From Candidatus Woykebacteria bacterium (lineage in GTDB: Bacteria > Patescibacteriota > Microgenomatia > Woykebacterales > RBG-16-39-9b), in the NCBI GenBank assembly GCA_040876345.1, contig JBBDPM010000006.1:456547-520546 (forward strand): 64,000 nucleotides of DNA. The letters run 5' to 3'. The notes below the pieces were generated by a model. It did no database searches, was not told where the DNA came from, and saw nothing but the letters and a program-made list of their open reading frames with translations. Positions 44,362 through 55,184 of this stretch are shown here, one piece after another. Numbering within the stretch: position 1 is the first letter of the stretch; each line of letters starts with the position of its first letter. Both the position numbers and the translations under genes were made by a program.

Positions 44362-44388
44362 TTAGCGGACTTACAGTCCGAGTGCGAG
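44362..44388 (+). promoter_or_regulatory. Degenerate CIRCE-like element (TTAGCGGAC-N9-GAGTGCGAG)
   Basis: 13/18 match to TTAGCACTC-N9-GAGTGCTAA, placed right after the -10 as CIRCE usually is; the arms are not fully complementary. Confidence 0.25.
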
Positions 44389-44466
44389 TTTTAATTCGCA
44401 CCACCACTTAAGATTTCTGCCAACATTAAAATTTAAGAAACGTTAAGTATCTAATACGGAGGTAAT

Positions 44467-44766
44467 ATGGTAAAAACCAAAGTTAATATTAAACCACTTT
44501 CAGGTTACGCTCTAATAGAGCCACGAGAGGCGGAGGAAGTAACTGCTTCGGGTATTGTCCTTCCCGATACTGCTCAAGAAAAGCCAGCTCAAGGAAAAGT
44601 TTTGGCAGTTGGTGCCTCAACTTACGATCATGGTCGGGAAATAAAACCAGAGTTTAAGGTTGGAGACTTGGTTTTGTACAAAAAATGGGGCGGAGACGAG
44701 ATTAAAACTGAAGGCAAAGAGTTTAAATTAGTAAAATTTGAAGATGTAATGGCTATTATAGATTAA
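44467..44766 (+). CDS. groES: Co-chaperonin GroES
   Basis: 99 aa, IKPLSGYALIEP… mobile loop. Confidence 0.9.
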   Translation: MVKTKVNIKPLSGYALIEPREAEEVTASGIVLPDTAQEKPAQGKVLAVGASTYDHGREIKPEFKVGDLVLYKKWGGDEIKTEGKEFKLVKFEDVMAIID

Positions 44767-46404
<1,638 letters not shown>

Positions 46405-46443
46405 AGTTAGTTAATTAGCAATTAAAGGTTAGTAAAATTGGAA

Positions 46444-46471
46444 AGGGCCGATAAGGCCCTTCTCCTTTTTT
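46444..46471 (+). terminator. Rho-independent terminator after groEL
   Basis: AGGGCC-gataa-GGCCCT hairpin then TTCTCCTTTTTT. Confidence 0.6.
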
Positions 46472-46501
46472 CTGGATAAACAATTTGCTATAATTAACTG
46501 A

Positions 46502-47137
46502 ATGGAACAGAACGCACCGCCTCTCCAACCCACTAAAGCTAGTTCTACACCAAGTAAAAAACCAGTTCTGATAACAGCAGCAACCTTCATGGTAGTAATT
46601 ATTTTGGCGGTTTTTGGTGTTTACAATTGGCAGCAAGGCGTGGTGGAAGAAGTTAAAGGTGAAAAAGAATCCTTGGAATCTAAAGTAGCGTCGCAGAGTG
46701 CCGGTCTCACCGCGCTTAAAAAGGAAAGCGTAGAGCTTAAATCTAAAGTAAACTTCCTGGAGGGAAAATTAAAAGAAGCCACCGCTAGTGCAAATTTTGA
46801 AGTTGGTGAATTGACACTATCTATAAAGAAAACTAGTAGGTCCAATTACACTGGCGATGTTACACCCGACACAAATACGGTAAGTGTTGAAATAAGTGCC
46901 GTGAACGACACTGAACAAACATTATTCATTTCCAAATCAAGCTTTAAATTAAAAGACGACGCTAATCGTAGTTACCTAGTTGGTATTACCCCGCCTGGCT
47001 ATAGTGAATTGCAAGATCAACAAGTGCAACCTGGAGAGACAATTGTAGCTTACGTTGCTTTTGATGACGTTCCCAAGAACAAGACTTCCCTCACCCTTTT
47101 CTACAATTCAAAGACCTTCAGAATTACTGCAAAGTAA
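46502..47137 (+). CDS. Membrane-anchored protein with coiled coil and C-terminal DUF4352-like beta domain
   Basis: TM, heptad region, …SISAVNDTEQTLFISKSSFKLKDDANRSYL…. Confidence 0.5.
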   Translation: MEQNAPPLQPTKASSTPSKKPVLITAATFMVVIILAVFGVYNWQQGVVEEVKGEKESLESKVASQSAGLTALKKESVELKSKVNFLEGKLKEATASANFEVGELTLSIKKTSRSNYTGDVTPDTNTVSVEISAVNDTEQTLFISKSSFKLKDDANRSYLVGITPPGYSELQDQQVQPGETIVAYVAFDDVPKNKTSLTLFYNSKTFRITAK

Positions 47138-47207
47138 AGATAGCTTTTAGCTATTGCCAAAGGTAAAATTTAGTGTATAATTTTCTCACTGCTCCTTTTA
47201 AAATTAA

Positions 47208-47918
47208 ATGGCTAGGGCAAAGAAAACAGAAGTCAAAAAAGTAGGGTCTGCAACCAAAGCGCAAGGGTCAACCACCGCTAGGATCACACCCAGTAAAAGA
47301 AAACCTTTCAACCTCCAAGAACTTTCCAAAAACTTAAAGGAAAGGTTTCAACAGCACCAAGTCTTGTACTCAGTTTTAGCTACACTGTTAATAATTATTA
47401 TTTTACTTGGCGGCACTTTTTTCTGGAAAAAGGATCTTTTTCTGGCTGGATCAGTAAACGGCAAATTTATTACTAGCGTAGAATTTTACAACCGCCTTAT
47501 CAAAGCTTCAGGCACAGATGCTTTCGATTCAATAATTCAAGAAACGCTTATAAAACAAGAGGCAAAGAAGGCAGGCCACGCAGCTACGCAAGAGGAAATT
47601 GACGCTGAGATTTCTAAGATAGAAAAGCGGGTTGGCGGAAGGGAAGAGCTAGAAAAATTACTTGCCGGCAGTAACATGAATGTTGACGGTCTAAGAGAGC
47701 AGCTTGTGACTCAAGTTTTGGTCGAAAAAATCTTGGAAAAAGACATTCAGGTTTCTGACGCGGAAGTAGATAAATATATTAAGGAAAATAAAGATAGCGC
47801 AAAAGGTTTAAGCAAGGAAGAAGTAAAGGAGCAACTGCGCTCCCAAAAGCTAAATGAAAAATTCCCCTCTTGGTACGAAGAGATCAAAAAGAACGCTTCA
47901 ATTCAGAAATATTTTTGA
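47208..47918 (+). CDS. SurA N-terminal-domain chaperone-like protein (no PPIase domain), membrane-anchored
   Basis: TM then …NGKFITSVEFYNRLIKASG…QEEIDAEISKIEKRVGG…. Confidence 0.5.
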   Translation: MARAKKTEVKKVGSATKAQGSTTARITPSKRKPFNLQELSKNLKERFQQHQVLYSVLATLLIIIILLGGTFFWKKDLFLAGSVNGKFITSVEFYNRLIKASGTDAFDSIIQETLIKQEAKKAGHAATQEEIDAEISKIEKRVGGREELEKLLAGSNMNVDGLREQLVTQVLVEKILEKDIQVSDAEVDKYIKENKDSAKGLSKEEVKEQLRSQKLNEKFPSWYEEIKKNASIQKYF

Positions 47919-47951
47919 TAAGCCTTTCCTCAAAAACTTAAAATCAACTTC

Positions 47952-48587
47952 ATGACACGCGCGATCATCTTTGATTTAGATGGGGTCTTAGTTAATACCG
48001 AGCCACTTTGGTACGAGGCTTTTGAGAAAGTTTCCAGGGAATTTGGGTTTGAGTATTCAGAGGAACTTCATCGATTAAGTCTAGGGCGCTCCGATCACGC
48101 TTTGAGGTTGACTATTAAGATGGGGATTTCGGAAAAACACCCAGAGTTTTTGGAAAGAATTAGGGAAGTATTCAAGAGTCTTTTTGAAAAAAGAGCAAAA
48201 CTAATGCCAGGAGTTGTGGATCTGCTCCCAAAACTGAAAGATAAATACAAACTTGCTATTGCTACCTCAGCGTATAAGCCGCGGCTAGATTATAATCTAG
48301 AAAAATTTCCCGAGTTAAAAAAGTTTTTTGACGCTTTTGTGTCTGGTGACCTGGTAGAAAAAAGTAAACCAGCACCAGATATTTTTCTGTTGGCAGCAGG
48401 TAAACTTGGAGTAGATTCTAAAGAATGTTTAGTGATAGAAGATGCAGAGTCTGGAGTGGCGGCTGCTAAAAAAGCAGGGATGAAAGTTATTGGGGTTGCT
48501 CCGAAACATATGTTTTACCAAGATTTGTCAAAAGCAGATAAAATTGTGATCTCTCTTTCTGATATTCGCCTCACTGACTTAAAATAA
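47952..48587 (+). CDS. HAD-superfamily hydrolase (beta-phosphoglucomutase-like)
   Basis: Motif I IIFDLDGVLVNTE; motif III K; motif IV EDAESGVAAAKKAG. Confidence 0.75.
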   Translation: MTRAIIFDLDGVLVNTEPLWYEAFEKVSREFGFEYSEELHRLSLGRSDHALRLTIKMGISEKHPEFLERIREVFKSLFEKRAKLMPGVVDLLPKLKDKYKLAIATSAYKPRLDYNLEKFPELKKFFDAFVSGDLVEKSKPAPDIFLLAAGKLGVDSKECLVIEDAESGVAAAKKAGMKVIGVAPKHMFYQDLSKADKIVISLSDIRLTDLK

Positions 48588-48790
48588 TTCCCTCAAGCCA
48601 AAATTGACTATAAGACGTATAATTGATCTAGTTTGCGTGAAAAGCTGACAAACTACGCTGGAAGAAAGCGGGAGGTCGCGCATGAACTAGCACCTAATAA
48701 TAAGAATAAATTTGCGGAAAGGAGGCCGTATCGGAGTCCAGCAACCAACGATCGGTAAGTAACAAAAGTTCATCCGAGGAGGTTTTTTCC

Positions 48791-49627
48791 ATGGCACTTG
48801 ACTTATCCGCTGTCGGTAAGGAACTACCGCCAGCCACCTACGAGTACACTGATCGAGACGTCATTCTTTATGCCCTCGGCGTCGGCGCAACGGCTCGGGA
48901 TCTGGCGTTCGTTTACGAAAGGGGTGGCCTTCTGGCGTTGCCAACGTTCGGAGTCGTTCCGGCGTTTTCGGCGCTGACGTCGTTGGGTACGGTGCTGGAG
49001 TTCAACCCGCTATCACTGCTTCATGGTGAACAGCGCATCGAACTGCACGGGCAGATCCCGACTAGTGGGGTTCTGACTACGCAAGGCAGAATCACCGGCA
49101 TTTACGACAAGAGGAGAGGCGCTTTGGTGGTGATCGATGCCGACACGAAAGACGCAGAAGGTAGGACACTGGTCACGAATAGGTTCGGCGCGTTCATCCT
49201 TGGCGAGGGCGGTTTCGGGGGAGTGCGCGATCCGAACGCCTCAAAGCAACACGTCCTACCGACTCGTCCGCCTGACTACACGATGGCGTACAAGACTTCA
49301 CAGAACCAGGCAGTACTCTACCGACTCTCCGGCGACCTTAACCCCTTGCACATCGACCCAGGGTTCGCGAAGCTCGCGGGGTTCGAGCGGCCGATTCTGC
49401 ATGGCCTCTGCACCTTCGGTCACGTGGGGTGCGCCGTGCTGCATGCCTGCTGCGGCGGAGACCCATCGCGACTCAAGATCCTTGAAGCGCGTTTCTCCGG
49501 CGAGGTTTACCCGGGCGAGACGATCATTACGGACATCTGGCAGGATGGTTCGACAGCGATTTTGCAAGCGCGAACGGAGGAGCGTGACAAAGTCGTTATT
49601 TCGAACGCCGCCGCGACGATCGCCTAA
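48791..49627 (+). CDS. MaoC-like (R)-specific enoyl-CoA hydratase/dehydratase, double hot-dog (GC-rich)
   Basis: YRLSGDLNPLHIDPGFAKLAGFERPILHG hydratase-2 motif; about 62% GC; GAGGAGG RBS. Confidence 0.7.
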   Translation: MALDLSAVGKELPPATYEYTDRDVILYALGVGATARDLAFVYERGGLLALPTFGVVPAFSALTSLGTVLEFNPLSLLHGEQRIELHGQIPTSGVLTTQGRITGIYDKRRGALVVIDADTKDAEGRTLVTNRFGAFILGEGGFGGVRDPNASKQHVLPTRPPDYTMAYKTSQNQAVLYRLSGDLNPLHIDPGFAKLAGFERPILHGLCTFGHVGCAVLHACCGGDPSRLKILEARFSGEVYPGETIITDIWQDGSTAILQARTEERDKVVISNAAATIA

Positions 49628-49754
49628 TGCTGTTCACAAAATCCCACGGGGATTACCAGAGTCACAGACTCTTGAAAAAGGAGGTGATCGGCTGAATAGC
49701 ACATAACAGTACCAAACGACTCGAGCGAGACTAGCATGAATAGGAGGCTCACCA

Positions 49755-50645
49755 ATGAACTTACTTCAGGGAAAAGTCGCCATTGTCACAGGGTCAGGTG
49801 GCGGTCTCGGTGAGCAGTACGCGCTCGCATTGGCAGGAGCTGGTGCGAGGGTGGTGGTGAACGATCCCGGCTCTGGCAGGGACGGTATAGGTGGTACCAT
49901 CACGATGGCCGACACAGTCGTGAAGAAGATAAGAGACGTCGGTGGCGAAGCTGCAGCGAACTACGATTCTGTTGCCACCATGGGAGGCGCCGAGGCCATC
50001 TTCAGCACGGCCATGGACGCCTACGGCCAGGTCGACATCCTGGTGAACAACGCCGGGATCCTCCGCGATGCGGCCTTCCACAACATGACTGAGGAAGAGT
50101 GGGACGCCGTGATAGCGGTCCACTTGAAGGGGACCTTCTGCATCACTCGCCTCGTCTTTCCTCACATGCGTGAGCGAGGGAGCGGAGTGGTCATCGGCAT
50201 CTCCTCACCCACCGGTCTCACCGGTAACTTCGGCCAGGCGAACTACGGCGCTGCCAAGGGGGGAGTCTGGGGACTCATGAATTGCCTGGCTAGGGAGGGC
50301 TATCGTAGAGGGGAGGTGGATCCCTTCGCACGCGTTTTCACTGTGGTGCCGGTGGCATTCACTCGCATGACGGCCGATCTGCCCCAGTTCAGTAGTGAGG
50401 AGGCAAAGGCCCAAACCGACCCCAAGTTCGTGGCGCCGCTGGTTGTCTACCTTGCCAGCGATTTGTCGGCAGGTATGACTGACAAGACCTTCAGCGTCAT
50501 GGGCAGCCGAATCCGGGAGATGAGGATGGTCTCCAGCCACGGCGCGACGAAGGAAGATGACGGAGGCCTCTGGAGTGCACAGGAGATCTCCAGACGAATG
50601 AGCGAGATCTTGCTCGCAGATAAAGAGGCCGCGAGCGCTGGATAA
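49755..50645 (+). CDS. SDR-family oxidoreductase (HSD17B4 / 3-hydroxyacyl-CoA dehydrogenase-like) (GC-rich)
   Basis: TGSGGGLGEQYALALAGAGARVVVND, NNAGILRD, Y…K (YGAAK). Confidence 0.8.
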   Translation: MNLLQGKVAIVTGSGGGLGEQYALALAGAGARVVVNDPGSGRDGIGGTITMADTVVKKIRDVGGEAAANYDSVATMGGAEAIFSTAMDAYGQVDILVNNAGILRDAAFHNMTEEEWDAVIAVHLKGTFCITRLVFPHMRERGSGVVIGISSPTGLTGNFGQANYGAAKGGVWGLMNCLAREGYRRGEVDPFARVFTVVPVAFTRMTADLPQFSSEEAKAQTDPKFVAPLVVYLASDLSAGMTDKTFSVMGSRIREMRMVSSHGATKEDDGGLWSAQEISRRMSEILLADKEAASAG

Positions 50646-50679
50646 CACGGAAGACAGGGGGGGGTAGCAAATCTGCTCA

Positions 50680-50712
50680 ACGCAAGGGCGAGACCACAAG
50701 TCCGCCCTTGTT
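50680..50712 (+). terminator. Hairpin (AAGGGCG…CGCCCTT) plus partial T-run closing the GC-rich island
   Basis: 7-bp GC stem, 12-nt loop, followed by GTTCCCCTTTG. Confidence 0.35.
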
Positions 50713-50717
50713 CCCCT

Positions 50718-50746
50718 TTGACAAACCTAAATTAAAGATTTACAAT
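50718..50746 (+). promoter_or_regulatory. Sigma70-like promoter (TTGACA-N17-TACAAT), 9 nt before ATG 50756
   Basis: Same architecture as the promoter at 41027. Confidence 0.45.
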
Positions 50747-50755
50747 TTCCTTGAT

Positions 50756-51085
50756 ATGAAATTTAACCATGCACAATTTATTAACTCAATAACTGGTGTT
50801 TCGACTGCGGCAGGTGTGCTTTTACTTATGTATAAAAGATACGATTTAGCCGCCCTCGCCTTTACTTTGCTCTCAGCCGGTGCTGCCGGTGTCCTTTGGG
50901 AGAGATACACAAGTCGATCCGGCCACCCTTTAAGTTTAAAGGCGTTAACAACAAAGCGATTACCGGAAAGGAATGGTGAAATTGACTTTGCTCTAACTCA
51001 CTTGCCTTACCCCACACTCGCAGCTATTAGTTTTTTTCTAGCCAAGAGAAAGGCCAGGAGTAATCATGACCTCCAAGCCCTCTAA
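50756..51085 (+). CDS. Small membrane protein
   Basis: Two TM helices. Start set at the Met after the promoter, not the 50708 start of the ORF track. Confidence 0.4.
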   Translation: MKFNHAQFINSITGVSTAAGVLLLMYKRYDLAALAFTLLSAGAAGVLWERYTSRSGHPLSLKALTTKRLPERNGEIDFALTHLPYPTLAAISFFLAKRKARSNHDLQAL

Positions 51086-51662
51086 AAAAAGAGAGCCCAC
51101 CAAGGTGCAGAAAAGACTTATCTTAGTGCATGGCTGGGAAGGAAGCCCAGAACATGGTTGGTTTCCTTGGCTTAAGGTGGAGATGGAAAAAAGAGGTTGG
51201 GAAGTGCTTGCCCCAGCAATGCCAAACACAAATGAGCCAAAAATTTACGAGTGGCTCCCCTATCTTAAACAAGTTGCTGGAGAGGTGGATGAAAGAACTT
51301 TTATGGTGGGGCATTCTCTCGGATGCATCACGATACTCAGGCTACTAGAGAATATTCCGGAAGGACAAAAAATTGGCGGCTCTGTCTTAGTAGCTGGTTT
51401 TGATAACCCACTAAAAAATAAGGAACTTGGAAACTTTTTTGAAGCCCCGATAAATTGGGTGAAGATTAAGGAAAATTGTAAAAAGTTTGTATCTATTCAT
51501 TCAGTTGACGATCCGTACGTTCCAATTGAGAACAGCATAAGCTATGAGCGTAATCTTTCCGCAAAAACGTTAAAACTTTCCGGTTGGCGCCATTTTAGCG
51601 GGGATGAAGGCACCACTTCTGTACCCCCTGTCCTCGAAGAGCTTCTTAGCATTTCAGCGTAA
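51066..51662 (+). CDS. Alpha/beta serine hydrolase (YdeN/RBBP9-like)
   Basis: ILVHGWEGSPEHGWF…; nucleophile elbow GHSLGC. Confidence 0.6.
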   Translation: MTSKPSKKREPTKVQKRLILVHGWEGSPEHGWFPWLKVEMEKRGWEVLAPAMPNTNEPKIYEWLPYLKQVAGEVDERTFMVGHSLGCITILRLLENIPEGQKIGGSVLVAGFDNPLKNKELGNFFEAPINWVKIKENCKKFVSIHSVDDPYVPIENSISYERNLSAKTLKLSGWRHFSGDEGTTSVPPVLEELLSISA

Positions 51663-51703
51663 GTTTTTAAAATTTTCACGATCTTGTGTTAAACTAAGCC
51701 TTC

Positions 51704-52237
51704 ATGGCTAATAAATTAGAAGAAGAGGATTTAATAGAAGAAGCAAGACAAGGTAATGTTTCTTCCTTTCAGACCTTATACATGAGGTATCTTGACCCAA
51801 TCTACCGCTATTTCTTTTTTCAAACGAAAGATAAGTTTTTAGCCGAAGACCTAGCCCAGGAAGTTTTTATTAGGGTCTACCGATCAATTGGTAGTTACAA
51901 TAAGGAGAAAGGCAGCTTCACAAGCTGGCTATATCGTATTGCCCATAATTTACTAGTTGACTATTATCGGGGTAAAAAGACTCTTTCCTTGAAGGAAGGA
52001 ATCGAGGCCTCATATTCTGAGGATTGGCTTGAGAAACTTGACCGAGATGAAAAACTCCAAAAAGTAAAAGAAGCTTTAACTCTTCTGCCTTCCGATTATC
52101 ATGAAGTTGTGGTTTTACGTTTCTTCGAAGACTTAAGTGTGGAGGAAGTGGCCGAGATTGTGGGTAAGAGTGAAGAAAACGTACGTGTAATTCAGCATCG
52201 GGCTATACGTAAATTAAAAGAAGTAATCATATTATGA
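51704..52237 (+). CDS. RNA polymerase ECF-type sigma factor
   Basis: Sigma-70 region 2 (…FIRVYRSIGSY…WLYRIAHNLLVDYYR) and region 4 (…VVVLRFFEDLSVEEVAEIVGKSEENVRVIQHRAIRKL). Confidence 0.8.
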   Translation: MANKLEEEDLIEEARQGNVSSFQTLYMRYLDPIYRYFFFQTKDKFLAEDLAQEVFIRVYRSIGSYNKEKGSFTSWLYRIAHNLLVDYYRGKKTLSLKEGIEASYSEDWLEKLDRDEKLQKVKEALTLLPSDYHEVVVLRFFEDLSVEEVAEIVGKSEENVRVIQHRAIRKLKEVIIL

Positions 52238-52920
52238 ATGATACAGAATTTATTGAGAAATTAAGAAAAATAGCTAAGATTGAACATACTGGCGCCCAAA
52301 AAGAAATTTTGTGGGGCCGGCTTTACCAATATCTAAAGACTACTAAAGTAGGTGGAGGGCTCTGGTACTTTAGTTTCCGGATTACTTATTTAGTTGCCTT
52401 AGTATTGGTAGTTCTTGCAGCATCCACCGGAATTAGTTTCGCTTCTCAAAGTTCTTTACCAGGGGAACCACTGTACTCCGTCAAACGCTTCAGTGAAGAA
52501 GCCAGGGTCTTTGTAATATTTGGGGAAAAAGCTAAGAAAAAGGAAAGAATTAAGCTTACCACCGAGCGTGTAGGTGAGGTGCAAGAACTTATCTCAAAGG
52601 ATCCTGAAAAAGCCGAAGGGTTACTAAGTGAGTACGAAGCGCAGATGGAAAACTACAAGAAGGAGTTTGCAGAAGATCCTGAACTTTCCGAAAGTCTAAA
52701 TTCGACAATTATGGTGAATAAAGACGTCTTTGTTAAAGTGGTGGAAACTGCTCCGGACCAGATAAAAATCCGCATCAGAGTGCTGATTGATGAACCTGAG
52801 GGACAAGATACAACTGAATCTGGTGGTGAGGTTGAGGGGCAGCAAACAACTAAAAAGAAACCCGAGGTCAAATCAACTGAGATTTTGGATGAGCCTTCAT
52901 CAACTGAGACAAATCGTTAG
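52234..52920 (+). CDS. Putative anti-sigma factor (single-pass membrane protein with DUF5667-like ectodomain)
   Basis: 4-bp overlap with the sigma gene; 45-aa cytoplasmic N-terminus, one TM, acidic ectodomain. Confidence 0.45.
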   Translation: MNDTEFIEKLRKIAKIEHTGAQKEILWGRLYQYLKTTKVGGGLWYFSFRITYLVALVLVVLAASTGISFASQSSLPGEPLYSVKRFSEEARVFVIFGEKAKKKERIKLTTERVGEVQELISKDPEKAEGLLSEYEAQMENYKKEFAEDPELSESLNSTIMVNKDVFVKVVETAPDQIKIRIRVLIDEPEGQDTTESGGEVEGQQTTKKKPEVKSTEILDEPSSTETNR

Positions 52921-53423
52921 TGGTATCGTTTTTCACCAGCTTTAATCTCAACGTCTAATGTATTTTCTTCTGGTGAAATGGGGCAGCGAAAGTTTTCATT
53001 GTAGGCACAATAAGGGTTGTAGGCGTAGTTGAAGTCGATATCCAACTTCCCGTTTTCCTCCTCAGCTTCAACAAACCGACCATCATGATAAGTATCAGTA
53101 CCGTTCGTTGTATCTCTAAAAGGAACAAATAGATGGCCACTATCAGTACTTTGGTAAATATTTAAAGCGACTTCTCTACCTTGTACGCTAAAACTAACCT
53201 TACCATAACGTTTATAGGGCTGAATATCGCCCACACTAGTTTTAATGTTAATAATTTCTTCAGAGGGATTTTTCGAGAGGTTTCCGGAAACCTGATAATT
53301 TGAATCCTCAGGATAATAATTTAGGCCTTTGAACTGGGCTTTTTGCTCTTGATTAAGAGGAGACTCATCTTTAGTACCGAAAAGTTCATCCTTCTCTTTT
53401 CTAAAATCTGAGAGATCGCTCAT
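52917..53423 (-). CDS. DUF1684-domain protein
   Basis: …FRDTTNGTDTYHDGRFV… and …NPYCAYNENFRCP… motifs. Confidence 0.55.
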   Translation of the reverse strand: MSDLSDFRKEKDELFGTKDESPLNQEQKAQFKGLNYYPEDSNYQVSGNLSKNPSEEIINIKTSVGDIQPYKRYGKVSFSVQGREVALNIYQSTDSGHLFVPFRDTTNGTDTYHDGRFVEAEEENGKLDIDFNYAYNPYCAYNENFRCPISPEENTLDVEIKAGEKRYH

Positions 53424-53479
53424 AAATTAATTTTAGCAAAGAAAAAAAGTACAGTCCAGTAAAATAAAAAACCACAAAA

Positions 53480-55141
53480 TTGACACGTCCAAAAAGAACT
53501 GCTAATCTTGAATTACAGATGGAGCCTCAAACTGCCCAACCCCAAGCTCCCCAAAAAGCCGAGAACAAAAAAGTATTACTATTGTTATTAGCTTTATTGG
53601 GATTATTAGTAATTGGGTTTCTAGGATACCTTATTTTCGCAAGGCAAAGTGAAAAAGAGCCCACCTCAAGAGTGGTGACTGGACTTTCTAGAGATTCAAT
53701 AGTAATTGGCCAAAGAAGCGCTGTTACTGGTGTATTTCCCGATTCGGCCCCAGAATTCTACAGTGTTGTTTTCAACAATCATATTTTTGAAGGCCTTGGT
53801 AGAATTGTAGACGGTGAGCCAAAACCGGCTCTTGCCACAAGCTGGACAAACCAAGATAAGAACACTTGGCGGTTTATGATTAGAAAAGGAGTAAAATTTC
53901 ACAACGGTAATACCTTAACCGCAGATGATGTTAAATTTAGCATTGACGAAGCTCTCAAAAACAATTGGCCCAACGCTTTTAACTTAGGTACCGTAAAATC
54001 TGTCACGGTCGTTGATGATTTCACAGTTGATATAAAGACAAATGGACCAGATCCTGTCCTTCTTAACCGGCTTGTTTACGCTTTTGTAGTTTCCGAGAAA
54101 CAATTCAAGGAGAAGGGTGATAAACCTGCAGTTGGCACAGGCCCCTATAAATTCGTGGGCCTTAATAAAAGTGAAGCTATCCTTGAGTCTAATGGAGATT
54201 ATTACTTAGGCCAGCCAAAGATAAAGAAAGTAACCTGGAAGTTTTTGCCAAATGCTTCAACCGACGAAAAGTTAGTAGAGGCAGTGAAGAATGGCGAGGT
54301 GGATATTATAGCTATAAGAGGTAAAAACCTGGGGAACGCTGTTGGCAGTGGATATCAAGTGAAAACCTTGGCAGATCCATTCATCACCTTCCTTTGGTTA
54401 GATACTGCAAGAGACAAAAGCCCTTACATCAGTAAAAGCCCAAGCCCCCTTAAAAACAAATTGGTTCGTGAGGCGATGTACAAAGTGGTGGATATAAACA
54501 GGATAATCGAAAGCTCGGAGATTGCGGGAGTAGCCGCCTCGCAATTTGTTACTGAAGATATTTTTGGTTACAATCCGGACGTTAAAAGGCCCGAACCAAA
54601 TGTAGAAGAAGCTAAGAATCTTATGAAACAAGCAGGTTTACCAGATGGTTTTAGCTTGACCGTTGATCTTGAAGACGCGGCAGAGCCTGTTTTTGAGCCA
54701 ATAATAAAGGAGCTTGCGAAAATAAATGTTAAGGTTAAGCTGAATCCAATTAGTTTTGATGATCTAGGTAAAAAAGTATTCGAGACTAAAGACACTTCAG
54801 CCTTTATTTTGGAGTATGGAGCGGAAACGTTTGACGCAGGAGAAATATTCTTAAACGTGTTACATACCCCCGGAGGTGGTTTTGGCGGTGATAATTTTCT
54901 CAAGTTTAACAATCTAGAGATTGATAAATTAGCGGAGGAAATTGCCACAACTTTTGAGTCGAGATCAAGAAGAGAAAAACTGCAAGAGACAACAAAGAAA
55001 GCGGTGGTAGAGCTCCCGATGATCCCGCTTTTCAGCACAAAGTTTACTTATATTTTCCGTGACAATTTTGATTGGACTCCCACTTCCTTTGGAGCAATTT
55101 ACGTTAATGAAATTTCCGGAAGAGAAATTGTTACAGAGTAG
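53480..55141 (+). CDS. ABC transporter substrate-binding protein, family 5 (peptide/nickel type), membrane-anchored
   Basis: N-terminal TM; size and motifs (…LATSWTNQDKNTWRFMIRKGVKFHNG…) of SBP_bac_5. Confidence 0.7.
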   Translation: MTRPKRTANLELQMEPQTAQPQAPQKAENKKVLLLLLALLGLLVIGFLGYLIFARQSEKEPTSRVVTGLSRDSIVIGQRSAVTGVFPDSAPEFYSVVFNNHIFEGLGRIVDGEPKPALATSWTNQDKNTWRFMIRKGVKFHNGNTLTADDVKFSIDEALKNNWPNAFNLGTVKSVTVVDDFTVDIKTNGPDPVLLNRLVYAFVVSEKQFKEKGDKPAVGTGPYKFVGLNKSEAILESNGDYYLGQPKIKKVTWKFLPNASTDEKLVEAVKNGEVDIIAIRGKNLGNAVGSGYQVKTLADPFITFLWLDTARDKSPYISKSPSPLKNKLVREAMYKVVDINRIIESSEIAGVAASQFVTEDIFGYNPDVKRPEPNVEEAKNLMKQAGLPDGFSLTVDLEDAAEPVFEPIIKELAKINVKVKLNPISFDDLGKKVFETKDTSAFILEYGAETFDAGEIFLNVLHTPGGGFGGDNFLKFNNLEIDKLAEEIATTFESRSRREKLQETTKKAVVELPMIPLFSTKFTYIFRDNFDWTPTSFGAIYVNEISGREIVTE

Positions 55142-55184
55142 CCTATTCTGAATTCCTCATTTCTTTGTGCTAAACTTAGTTTAA

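Noticed and set aside
48603-48624. TTGACT…TATAAT pair upstream of the MaoC island as a promoter (and the similar pair at 33580-33605)
   Set aside because: The -35-like and -10-like hexamers are only 7-8 nt apart, too close for sigma70 spacing. A real promoter may exist here, but not in this register.
49137-50699. Alternative-frame and antisense ORFs in the MaoC/SDR island (49137-49706 +, 49298-49567 -, 49794-50165 -, 50205-50699 -)
   Set aside because: These are high-GC frame artefacts overlapping two well-supported enzyme genes.
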